Source: an uncultured Chroococcidiopsis sp.
Lineage (GTDB): Bacteria > Cyanobacteriota > Cyanobacteriia > Cyanobacteriales > Chroococcidiopsidaceae
Assembly (NCBI GenBank): GCA_964248365.1
Contig: CAXTYC010000015.1
Coordinates: 1 to 64,000 of the forward strand
Length of the DNA stretch: 64,000 nt
Reading direction: 5' to 3'
Positions 1 through 9,853 of the stretch are shown here, one piece after another. A model generated the notes under the pieces. That model did no database searches. It saw only the letters and a list, made by a program, of their open reading frames with translations, and had not been told where the DNA came from. The position numbers and the translations under genes are program-made. Positions within the stretch are counted from its first letter, which is position 1. Every line of letters begins with the position of its first letter.

Positions 1-46
1 ATTTCAGCCATCCATCTTAATTGACCAGTTCAGGTCGCGCGATTCA

Positions 47-80
47 AAACCGGACGTGAGCTTTTCAGTTCATCCGGCTT
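47..80 (-). ncRNA. Group II intron domain V (outer intron)
   Basis: Matches the catalytic DV hairpin pattern (AGC triad, GAAA-type loop, CACGT..GGTT). Confidence 0.85.
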
Positions 81-1092
81 CTCACCAACTTGGCGTGTAT
101 CTTGGGTGGTTTCTCACCCACGTACCTCTTTTGTTTTATTTTGTTTGCGATGTATTTTGTCGTGACAGTGTCGGTGAAGTACTGCCATGTTGTTTCTCCT
201 ATTATTGGAGTGATTTCCGTCAAGATGATGAATCTCTTTCAGGTCTTCTTTTAGGAGGTATCTGCCGCATAATTTGCATTTTCCTTGTTGTTTCTTCAAA
301 AGTCCTGCGACTTTTTTCGGAATTAGTGGGTGTCTTCCCATGCGGCTAGCCCAATAGATTACATTGCCATCGTACGGACTACAATCGCCTTTGACTTTAG
401 TGTAATATTCCACCGGAGTTCGGGCGTGATTGTAGAGGACTGATTTTAAGTCCTTGGTGGCAAACATCCAGTTATTGTTACCAATGGTTTGCCAGTATTT
501 CTTAGCCATCCATTTGGTGTTTTTCTTTGGATGCCTTCTTCTCGCCCAAGCTCTAAGCTTATTGAACAGTAGGTTATCCATTCTGCTCATCACATCTTTA
601 GAAACGAATGCGGCTATATAGTTACTCCATCCACGTATGATTGGATTTAACCTACAAATCATTTCAATTTGCGATGAACTTTTGTGGGTTTCTACTACCA
701 GAGCTAGATTCTTGTAGTGGCGCTTTTGGAGTTCTTTGCTCGGTTTGATGTTTGTCTTGAATCTTTGCTTTGACTTTTTGAGGTGTCTTTTACCCACCTT
801 GTATTGTCGGATTTCAAATCCGAGAAAGTTGAATCCGATTATCCCATCTACTGGGTTTAGTGTGTGGGCAATCCAAGTCTATTGCATCTTTTAGTTCAAG
901 ACCTATGTTTGATAGCCATTCGCTGATTATTTCTCGACATTTGAGTACTACTTCTAGGTCGTCGTGTAGGATTACAAAGTCGTCCGCGTACCTAATAAGG
1001 TGAGCAGGCGCGATGTATTTGGATTTCCCTTTTTCCCAAGTCCATTTCTTGGGGAAGGCTTGTTTTATCCTTTCTTCCATGCCATGTAGAGC

Positions 1093-1218
1093 TATAGCAA
1101 TCTTATTTGAGGTGTAAAAATTCCTTTTTTACGTAGACCCTTAGGAAGCTGTGCAGGCTAGCGCTAAGAACGTAGGGAAAGACATAGAATTTTTTACAAA
1201 TCATTTAGGATTACTATA
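1093..1218. mobile_element. MITE (~122 bp) with TA target duplication inside the outer RT gene
   Basis: Inverted ends TATAGCAATCTTATTTGA and TCATTTAGGATTACTATA. Removing it restores LLAN-IALHGMEERI. Confidence 0.8.
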
Positions 1219-1888
1219 TATTAGCTAGTAATGGCGAAAGAACTCCTCCGGCGTGGTGTACCTCTATCGGTTGGATTATAGCCTTTTTGTTCGGCGTTCT
1301 TTGTCCAATCAATAGTCCCTGCTTTTAGCCATCCTTTTATAATTTTTCGGCGGCTGGGGGAAGTGCCGATTTTATTTAACAAGGCGGTGTGGTCTATCTG
1401 GTCGAAGCATCTTGCTATATCAGCATCTAATACCCATCTAGGGCTTGTGTTGATACAGAGGAATATTTGTTCAACCGCATCATGTGCCGAACGTCCTGGT
1501 CTGAAACCATAGCTATTTGGCTCAAAACGAGCTTCCCATTCTGGTTCCATCACTAGTTTTATTAGTGCTTGATGCGCTCTATCGAATATGGTCGGTATTC
1601 CCAAAGGTCGCTTTTCATTGCTTCCTGGTTTTGGTATCCATACCCTTTTTACTGGGGCAGGTTTTGACTCTTGTTTAATTAAGCTATTGACAAGAATTAG
1701 CCTGAATTTGGGTGATAAAGACTTTAAGCCGTCTATGCCTGCTGTTTTCTGTTAACCTAAGCAGGCAGGTCGCCCTACCTGCTCGGTTCCAGAACCGAAC
1801 GTGAATATTGCTATTCATTCGGCTCCTGAGTGTGTGACTGTCACCTTTGCCTGTGACATCTGCAATTAGGGAAATCCCTCAACGTGGT

Positions 1889-3749
1889 TCAGTTTGAACA
1901 TTGCCCGTGAATTTGGTCGTGACAATGTAAGTGGACTAGAATCAGGTTTCTATCAACGTTATTTCCACCTTTAGCTCTAGGGTTCAGGTGGTGTTTTTCA
2001 ATTGATTCACCTGGGTTGAAGTTTAGCCCGCAGTGGGCGCATTTACCTTTCTGCCGCTTGAGCAGTCTTGCTTTGTGCGGTTCCAGATATTTGTAGTTTT
2101 CGCCCATTCTTACGCTCCAGTAAGTTGAGTCACCATCGTATGGGCTGCGCGTTCCTTGTATCTTTATCCATCTAGAACCCGCCGGAAACGACGAGTGAAG
2201 TAGGAGGAGGTAGGAATTTTGCTCTTTTCGAGAGCTTGCGAAGACCCAGTTATTGTTGCCAATGGTTCGCCAGTATCTTCTGACGACCCATTTTTTACCC
2301 TTGTTGGGGTGGCGACGTTTCCCCCATCGATACAGTCTTCTCCAGAGTAGGTGGTCGAGTTTATTGAACGTTTCCTTTGAGTTCCAAGGGGATTGGTAAT
2401 TGCTCCAACCTCGAATAATTGGATTAAGGAAACTAATCAAAGCAGCTTGACTGCTACTGTTATTCTCTTCCACATATTCATCGAGTGTTCTGTAATGAGC
2501 TAAAAGCTTCTCTTGAGAGGGCTTAATGATGGTTTATGAACCCCAGTTTCTTTCCTTTCGATGTCTCACCTGAATGGTGTTTTCCTACTCGGTATTGTCC
2601 GATAGTAAAGCCTAGAAAATTAAATCCAGGGTTTTCTCCATTATGTTCTTCTAGTGTGTGAACTAGACGAGTTTTTTCGGGTTTCAATTCTAGCCCTAAA
2701 TCTCCAATCCATTCTGATAGAATCTGTTGACATTGTTGTACCACAGTAAGTTCTTCGCATATTACAACTAGATCATCCGCATAGCGTACAAGCATTGGAG
2801 CTTTCACTTCTTTTCCGAATAACCTTTTGGTATTTCGGATTCTGTTTGCTTTATCGCTGGGAAATTGTTCTTCTATGCGTTGTTGCATACCGTGAAGGGC
2901 AATGTTCGTCAAAAGTGGTGAGATACTACCACCTTTGGGGAACACCTTCCAACGTCTTCTGAAATCCCTTCCTTTGTGCCCATCTGCTGAAGTCTATTAC
3001 TCCAGCTTTGAGCCACGCTTTAATCTGGCGTTCAAAGATTGGAAAGGTATTAAGTTTTCTTAACAGTTTGGCGTGGTTTAAGTACAAGGACATAAAAAAA
3101 TGGCAGACCGTGTATTGGCGGATCTGTTATGCGGCTAGGGTTATCTAGTTTGACGGTCTGCCATTTTTTTCAGATCTCCTCCATATTTTGTCAAAACATT
3201 TGCAAATGTCTGCGTCCAAAACGTACTTCGGTTTTTGGGCGATGTATGTTCTGATTACTTCGATTGCGTCATGACAAGATCTGCTGGGTCTGAAGCCGTA
3301 TGATTCTGATTCAAAACGAGCTTCCCATTCTGGCTCTAATGCCATTTTGAGTAGCGTTTGTTTGGCTCTTTCTTCAATTGTTGGGATTCCGAGTCCTCGT
3401 TTTTCCGGCTTTCCAGGTTTAGGAATCCAAACCGCAACGAGATCGGTGATGATTTCCCGTCTAATTTCAGGTTTTTAGCTAGCGCTAATCGTGCTGGAGG
3501 TGTTAAGGATTTTATCCCGTCTACTCCAGCCGTAGCACGACCTTTATTGTCCTGAGTCACCCGACGCACGGCGATTAATTTCGCAGACCAGGATTGGGCT
3601 AGACTCTTTTGGAGTCGTCGAACTGTTTGAGCATCTCCACGTTGTGAAGCGCGATAAATCCGATGCGCGGAGCTTGAAAATTGCTAACTCGGCTTTTCGC
3701 CAGTTCACGTCTTTCCATTCCACTTGTGATGTAATCTCGTTTTGGACAT
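1889..3749 (-). pseudogene. ltrA: Inner intron RT/maturase/HNH gene, frameshifted
   Basis: Fragments EWKDVNWRK, RRVTQDNKGRATAGVDG, SYGFRPSRSCHDAI, VRYADDLVV, LNPIIRGWSNY and CAHC...HH...HLHCHD are spread over different frames. Confidence 0.9.
3079..3185. mobile_element. MITE-like insertion (~103 bp, TA duplication) in the inner RT gene
   Basis: 18-bp inverted repeat AAAAAAATGGCAGACCGT (3094-3111) / ACGGTCTGCCATTTTTTT (3153-3170). Removing it restores CFDKI-NHAKLL. Confidence 0.8.
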
Positions 3750-5662
3750 ATTCACTCAAACTAAAGCGAACGTATCTTTCACACAGCAGTGAGTCTGTCG
3801 GCATATCCTCTCCATTACAGAGCGGCGTTGGCTTCAAACGAGATCCCTCCAAGGGCGGCTTACGCTAGCTACTGCTCCAGTGTGGAGAGCCGACCCCTTG
3901 GTTTAACTCGTTCCTAGTTTCCGTTGGTATTGGTTGTAGAACCTCTCAATCCGCCGGGTTTTAGTAGGTGTCAATAGTCAGAAGGACAAGCTGCTATCTA
4001 CCGTTTCCTTAAGCTTATGCAAGCTCCCTGCGTATTAGCCTCCCAGCCGCAAGTTGACAATGACGACGGTTTGTACGAGAGTTCGATGAGCGCTGTTCTG
4101 CCCCAGATGCTTATGGTTTCACTACATTTTGGGCTGGTAGCTTATCCGGTTTTCACCCCGCTTCAATTCTGGCGGTGCTACCCTCTCCATAGTTGGGGGC
4201 GATGCTGTCACCTGGACACTTCAGGGGGAGGACTTTCACCTCCACAGAAACTAAGTTATCTCGGTTTCGAGTGTTTCCACCCTTCCCTATTGACCTGCCA
4301 ACAGCAGGTGTGACGCTTTCGGATTTCTTCTCGGCACGTCAACGAGCCGCACTGCCTTGGTTATCTTGGGTTACTTTCCTTACTGCAAGGCATCTTGCTG
4401 ACCAGGAGTTCTCTAGTAGTCGTTGTAACCTACGGACTTTTTTGGCATCGCCTTGCTTTGAGGCTCGGTAGATTCTTTCCTGTAGCAAGCGCGACATTCC
4501 TCTCGATTTTACTGCTGGGGATATCTCGCCATTCATACATCGGTTTTTCCGTGTTCATAACTTATTTACTACTATGGTTTAGGTTCTACCTCCAAGTTGT
4601 TGTGTCTCTGGAGCGCGTATCCAAGACATTACTCAAGGCATTTGCTTTTGAGACAATCCTTTTCTCGCATACCATCTGGTTGGCGTTCCTACCAAGTAAT
4701 CTTGGAGATACGCGAGAGTTACTTCGTTCTCAATCACCGTTTTGCGCCACCTTACGGAACCTCACTATCCACCGGAATCCTTATGGATACAATTAGGTCA
4801 CACAACGAAGTGCCTAACTTTTTCGAGTCAAACTCAGATTTGCTCGACAAAGATTCTTGTGCATTTTGCACGAAGCCTATTAACCTGCGTTGGCTTGTTG
4901 CGAGTAACGATGGAGGGGGCGTGAGTTCGTTTTCCTGTCCGTGTTGTAGCTATGCTAAATGGAAGTCTTGGGTCAGGTTCCCAGTTATCCACCGTGATTC
5001 CCAGGGTTTTCCGTCTTAAACATAAAGTCAGCCTTGTATTAGGTTAATCTGTTGGCATCACGAGGGATCGTTTTTGAAGGCTGACTTTATTTTTAGAGGT
5101 TACATCGGATTCCCAGCTTTATTGATTAGGTCGCTACTCTCATCAATGTGGGACTTGCTGTTACCCCTGTATCTGGGGGGAGGGAATTGTCTCTGGTACT
5201 CTAGGTTTTCCTATTTACTCACCTCACAGTAATTAAGTTGTCAAGGTTTGACGTTTAGTCTTTCCCTTGCCCTCTTCCCCCGTGACTACTCATTTCGAGG
5301 AACGAATCGCAGCGGTATAATTCGTTTAATGTTGAAGCAAGTTGCGTGATTAAATTTAGCTCTTCAAAACTTTTCAGACATCCTCTAAATCCTCTTATAA
5401 TAGCCTTACAGTAAACTTAAACTTTCGAGTTTAAGTTTTTTGCTTTTTTTAGAGCCAGAAAATTTTTAATAAAAGCTATAAGCTAACAGCTAATAGCTTA
5501 GGAAATTATTCAGTAAATTTACGGTTTACTTTCATCATATATTTATAAGACAATTCCAGATAAATACTAGATTATACTGTAAATATTTTAACAAAATTTT
5601 ACATGATAAACTACCTAAATTTGCATCAACCTAGAATGCGTACTGTATGAGAAAGGCATTGT

Positions 5663-6889
5663 ATGGGTAATCACTTTGTCTTTGATACCACTGGCTTGCC
5701 AAGTGAACTCGAAGCACTTGACACTCTTAATTCAACTGGACAAATAGGCAGCATTGAAGAAGCACAAGAAATTATATACAGCTTCTTTATGGCCATTGTT
5801 AAGGAATTGCCTCCCCAGGCAGTTTTACAGGAGTTTAGGCATTTATTTATCGGGGATAATGACTCGGATATATCAAATCCTGTCCAAGCTATATATGAAA
5901 TTGTTTTTAATAATAAGCAATCAGAATTTCACTATACTATTAAACGTTGTTGCTATATATTACTTAATAATTGGCTCGCCAAAAGAAACAACAGTTATAT
6001 TCAAAAATTAATTGAAACATTTCATGACCCAATCATTAAGCGAAGATCATTATCTCCCATGATAACTCGCTTAAGAAATTGGACACAAATTTTTATTGAA
6101 AGCAAAGACTATCAAGAATTAGAATTATATGCTCAAACTCGAATTCAGACTCAAAAAGACTGGAGTAAGAAATATACTTCTATTTTATTATCTACTCAGT
6201 ATAATGATTTTAAAAATCCAATTGAACAACGAGAAGCCGCCAGAAATAAAGCGCTACAACTCAGATGTAGATTTAAGTTTGATCTGGCAATGTATATGGC
6301 TCGTTTTGAGTCTGCTACTACAAATTCCTCATTGCAAAATCCCACAGAAGTAGGTGATGACGTTCTAAGAATTATCAAAATAATAGTAGCAAAGCGAGAT
6401 ACTTCTGTTTATACAAATCAGGCTAATACATTGATTGAACAAGTACGGGGAAAACAATATAAAGAGTTTAAGTCCAAGTTGCAAAATTACTTATTATCTA
6501 GTGGAGATCAAATATTTGTTGAGATTTTAAAGGGCAGTTTAGGATTAAAACTAAATTCTTTGTACGAGGTACATCATGATAAAACATTAACTGATAAACT
6601 GACGCTGAAAACTTGTAATAAATTAATTGAATATTTAACAACAGAAAATCGCTGCCAACCTTCTCAAATTTTATTAAGATTAATGAAGACGGGGCATCCC
6701 TTAGCCGTTGTTGTATTCCTGCTTAAAATCGTTCTGATTTGTAGACCTGCTCGTACTCATTTAGAGTCTTGTATTGCTGATTTAATTAAGTATTATGACA
6801 AGTTACCAGAAAAATCGGTTTGGATGAGTAACTTTATAGAAATATTTAATATTATGTTTGCTATTTATGCAGACAATATGGTAATTTAA
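5663..6889 (+). CDS. Hypothetical protein (408 aa, helical, cyanobacterial-type)
   Basis: Long uninterrupted ORF; no catalytic motif recognised. Confidence 0.7.
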   Translation: MGNHFVFDTTGLPSELEALDTLNSTGQIGSIEEAQEIIYSFFMAIVKELPPQAVLQEFRHLFIGDNDSDISNPVQAIYEIVFNNKQSEFHYTIKRCCYILLNNWLAKRNNSYIQKLIETFHDPIIKRRSLSPMITRLRNWTQIFIESKDYQELELYAQTRIQTQKDWSKKYTSILLSTQYNDFKNPIEQREAARNKALQLRCRFKFDLAMYMARFESATTNSSLQNPTEVGDDVLRIIKIIVAKRDTSVYTNQANTLIEQVRGKQYKEFKSKLQNYLLSSGDQIFVEILKGSLGLKLNSLYEVHHDKTLTDKLTLKTCNKLIEYLTTENRCQPSQILLRLMKTGHPLAVVVFLLKIVLICRPARTHLESCIADLIKYYDKLPEKSVWMSNFIEIFNIMFAIYADNMVI

Positions 6890-7815
6890 GAACGCAGCCC
6901 ACTTAACAGGGCTAATCCTGCCCCAGTGGTTTCAGCAAGAATGCTGACTAAGCGGTACAAAGCGATCGCACTAACCACCAAACCAGGAGAAAAGCTGTGT
7001 TGCAAAAGAGCAAGCGCTGTGACTTCAAATACACCCAAACCACCAGGCGCACCTGGAATTACCAAACCGAACAACCAAGCTAAACTAAAAGCCCCTGTTA
7101 GTAAAGGAATTTGACTGAACTCCACAGATTTGAGGGCGAATATAGTTAACAAAAATCCTAAAGCGCGTAGTCCAATAAAACCTAATTCTCCTAATAAAGG
7201 TCGCCAGGGATAGCGTTTGACTTGGAAAGTATTAACGTTAACTGTATTAGCAGTTGATTTTAGCTTTAAACGGCTAAAAAAACGAATTGCTAAATTCAAA
7301 AACAGAGGATGAACTGCTATCAATACAGTAGCCAGAACAAGTATGAGTAATCCTCGTAGGTTGTTTTGAACGTTAATTGCTATAAACTGGATACTAAGTA
7401 AGGCAACTATTAAAGCTGAGGTTGCCATTAGTAGGGGTTCCAACAACACGCTCAAAGTTGCTGCGTTTGCTGTTACTCCAGCATTTTTAGCAGCTCTTAT
7501 TCGACCGTAGTAATGCCAAACATTTCCTGGTAAGTATTTGGCAATGTTGGTTTTTAGATAAACTTGAATAAATTGAGAACGGGACACAGGTTGATTTAGT
7601 TCATCAAGTATCCAAGTCCATACCCATCCCGACCAAATATGTGCAAGTAGGGTGACACCTAAAGCGATCGCAATCTGCGCCCATCCTAAAGCTTCGATGC
7701 GGATAGCTGCAACTTCGTGCCAATTATCCTTAAAGGTATCAGCCAAAAAAAATAGCGTCCCGCCCAATATTAACCAGCGGCTACAAGGTTTGAGGCACGA
7801 CAAAATTTGCTGCAT
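6886..7815 (-). CDS. Lysylphosphatidylglycerol synthase TM-domain / UPF0104 (YbhN-like) membrane protein
   Basis: Multi-TM protein with KYLPGNVW, PGAPGGLGVFE and ALYRLVS motifs. Confidence 0.8.
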   Translation of the reverse strand: MQQILSCLKPCSRWLILGGTLFFLADTFKDNWHEVAAIRIEALGWAQIAIALGVTLLAHIWSGWVWTWILDELNQPVSRSQFIQVYLKTNIAKYLPGNVWHYYGRIRAAKNAGVTANAATLSVLLEPLLMATSALIVALLSIQFIAINVQNNLRGLLILVLATVLIAVHPLFLNLAIRFFSRLKLKSTANTVNVNTFQVKRYPWRPLLGELGFIGLRALGFLLTIFALKSVEFSQIPLLTGAFSLAWLFGLVIPGAPGGLGVFEVTALALLQHSFSPGLVVSAIALYRLVSILAETTGAGLALLSGLRS

Positions 7816-8101
7816 TGAGCTTGCGTTTGTAGAATCTCTCTAGAGTTAGAAAATGCTCTAATTGGTAGTGAGAGTAAATGTGACCTTTGCTAGATGTAGC
7901 GATCGTAGATAACTACGTAACATCAACAATCGGTGGTAAAATTACTACCAGTTTAAAGAATACCGCCAATCTGCTCTTTCGTCCAAATCTTGTTCTGATT
8001 GGAGCTGAAGATCCACCTCGAAATTAATATTTACAGAACACAGATAAAAGTCGTAAATTTTAGCAAAAATTTGGCTGGTTTGAAGTAAAAAGGAGGATTT
8101 T

Positions 8102-8674
8102 GTGAACAAATTGATAGCTTTCTTTAAAAAACTACAACTGCGTCAAACGTTGACAATTTTTTTTGCTGGTGCATTGTTGATTATTAGCACAGCTTGTAGT
8201 AGTGCAACTAATGCCCAAGGCGCAAATCCAGACAATCCTGCTGTACAAGCTGGTGGGATGAATAATCCTTATAAGGCTGGTGGAGATAGTTACACCAATC
8301 TTAAGATGTCCACCGACCCTAAAGTAAATAAAACAGCAGCAACTGATCGCGATCATGCTTACTTGCAGCTATCACCGCAGCTAATTGCGGCAAATAGAGA
8401 AGATAAAAAATCTGAAATGCTTTATCCTGCTGCTGATGAACCAGCAGGGAGAGCGGCAAAAGAGGCAGAACTGCCTATTATCACCAATAAAGACTTTATG
8501 CAACCTGAAGAAGGTGGACTAAATCAGCGCAATCCAGATTTAGGAGAGCGAGTTGAAAATCGAGTTGAGAAAGCGCAAGAGGCTTTTAAAGAAGCTGGAA
8601 GCTTCTTGAAAAGAAAGGCAGATGAAGCTGGTGAAAGACCTGAAGCACAAAGCAATCCTGCTTTACGTAAATAG
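8102..8674 (+). CDS. Putative lipoprotein with LEA-like C-terminus
   Basis: AGGAGG RBS before the GTG start, signal peptide with STAC lipobox, hydrophilic tail. Confidence 0.7.
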   Translation: MNKLIAFFKKLQLRQTLTIFFAGALLIISTACSSATNAQGANPDNPAVQAGGMNNPYKAGGDSYTNLKMSTDPKVNKTAATDRDHAYLQLSPQLIAANREDKKSEMLYPAADEPAGRAAKEAELPIITNKDFMQPEEGGLNQRNPDLGERVENRVEKAQEAFKEAGSFLKRKADEAGERPEAQSNPALRK

Positions 8675-8730
8675 AAATCATTCTTGCTCCAAGTATTCAA
8701 ATTTACTTTGGATTTCCAAAGTAACAAAAA

Positions 8731-8870
8731 TATAGCAATTCGATTTGAATCATGAAATACTTAGGTATTGATCGTTATTCGTCTGTCAATAGTCATTTGT
8801 AAATACTTTGGACAAAGGACACTCGTACAACCATCAAGAAAGATTTCATGATCATCAGTGGGTTGCAATA
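8731..8870. mobile_element. Degenerate MITE
   Basis: Left end TATAGCAATTCGATTTGAATCATGAAAT resembles the end of the MITE at 1093. An imperfect inverted copy ATTTCATGATCATCAGTGGGTTGCAATA lies at the right. Confidence 0.45.
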
Positions 8871-8973
8871 GCCAGTTCACGGCTGCTTAAATTCAATTTC
8901 ACAACCAAAGCAGAATACTAGGAGCAGTTTTTGATTTACGCCTAAATCAGTCAAAACAAAATGGAGTATTGGT

Positions 8974-9744
8974 ATGAACAAACTGATAGCTGCAATTAAA
9001 AAGATTCGCCTAGGACAAATTTTAACGACTTTTATGGCGGGGATCTTGTTGTTTGTTAGTACGGCTTGCAATTCAGTACAAGCAAAAACTCCCGAAGGAG
9101 CAGTTAGAGGAGAAAGGCAGGAAGTCCCAGCCGGAGGGCTAGCAGTGCCTGGGAAGCCTAAGAACCCCAGACCGGAAGTTCCTGGGGGTACGGCGACTTC
9201 TCCCGACCCTGCTGTGATAAATACCTTCAAGGGTGGACCTACAATGAATGAGTTTTCTGATGTAGATCCTAGAGCCGAAGGTTTACAAGAAGCTGCTGGA
9301 CAAAAAGCTCAAGCTTTGAAGGAAAATGCTGAGCGGAACGTGATCGATCAAACAGGCAGCCTGGGAGAAAACACCAAACGTATCCTTGATAAGAAGGGTG
9401 AGAACGTTGAGGAGGCAGGAAGAAATCTTCAGCGCAGTGCTGAACGTGCAGTAGACAAAGCTCAAGGAACCGCTGAAGATTTGTCAAAAGGGACAAAGCG
9501 TGGCACTGAAAATATCAAGGACAATACTTTGGATGCCACTAAAGGCGTAAATAGAAGTGCTAGCCAAGCAGCTGATGCCGTCAAGGGTTCAGCTAAAGAT
9601 CTAACTAAAGATCTAAATAACAGTGCAAAAGGAACCCTCGATGACACTTCTGGTTATCTACAATCAAAGGTTAATCAAGCCGCTGAGAGTACACAGCGCG
9701 GTTTGAACAAAGCAGCTAATAGTGTCAGGGACGCGGTTGATTAA
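8974..9744 (+). CDS. Putative lipoprotein with LEA-like amphipathic repeats; paralog of the upstream gene
   Basis: Same N-terminus pattern (MNKLIA..KK..L.Q.LT.F.AG.LL..STAC), followed by K/A/D/T-rich helical repeats. Confidence 0.75.
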   Translation: MNKLIAAIKKIRLGQILTTFMAGILLFVSTACNSVQAKTPEGAVRGERQEVPAGGLAVPGKPKNPRPEVPGGTATSPDPAVINTFKGGPTMNEFSDVDPRAEGLQEAAGQKAQALKENAERNVIDQTGSLGENTKRILDKKGENVEEAGRNLQRSAERAVDKAQGTAEDLSKGTKRGTENIKDNTLDATKGVNRSASQAADAVKGSAKDLTKDLNNSAKGTLDDTSGYLQSKVNQAAESTQRGLNKAANSVRDAVD

Positions 9745-9853
9745 TCGCCTATAGCCGTTTTCTTGATCAGGTGGGCATTGGCCACATATCGGAGGTTCGC
9801 TCCTCCCTTCCTAGCTCCTACGCTCTTGCCTGGGAGCTAGAATTATGTTACAA

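Larger units (their letters stand above)
1751..4352 (-). mobile_element. Inner group II intron (2602 bp) inserted in the outer intron ORF
   Basis: Starts GTGCGGCTCGTT at 4352. DV is GAGCCGAATGAATAGCAATATTCACGTTCGGTTC and DVI ends ...GCTTAGGTTAAC at 1751. Joining the exons restores DNQGK-KTAGIDG. Confidence 0.93.
114..4558 (-). pseudogene. ltrA: Outer intron RT/maturase/HNH gene, interrupted by the inner intron, a MITE and frameshifts
   Basis: Fragments: N-terminus ...RKVTQDNQG (4536-4353), KTAGIDG...GIPTIFDRAHQAL...SYGFRPGRSAHDA...LDADIARCFD (1750-1221), IRYADDFV (814-1080), and maturase LNPIIRGWSNY plus HNH CKLC...EIHH...HRHCH (114-797). Confidence 0.9.
42..5312 (-). mobile_element. Outer group II intron (decayed), host of a twintron
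   Basis: On the minus strand the 5' end reads (C)TGCGATTCGTT at ~5312. Domain V AAGCCGGATGAACTGAAAAGCTCACGTCCGGTTT lies at 80-47. The RT/maturase/HNH ORF fragments lie between these. Domain VI and the exact 3' end are not clearly recognisable. Confidence 0.8.

Noticed and set aside
3974..3997. Candidate EBS1 loop (CUUGUCCUU) of the inner intron
   Set aside because: It pairs only imperfectly with the 5' exon end AAGGCA and cannot be assigned without folding.
114..4558. RT fragments as a retron, DGR or defence RT
   Set aside because: Maturase and HNH domains, domain V hairpins and GTGCG...AAC ends identify group II introns.
3844..5300. Short plus-strand ORFs (4017, 4193, 4395, 4597, 4742)
   Set aside because: They are antisense to intron RNA domains and the RT N-terminus, with no protein motifs.
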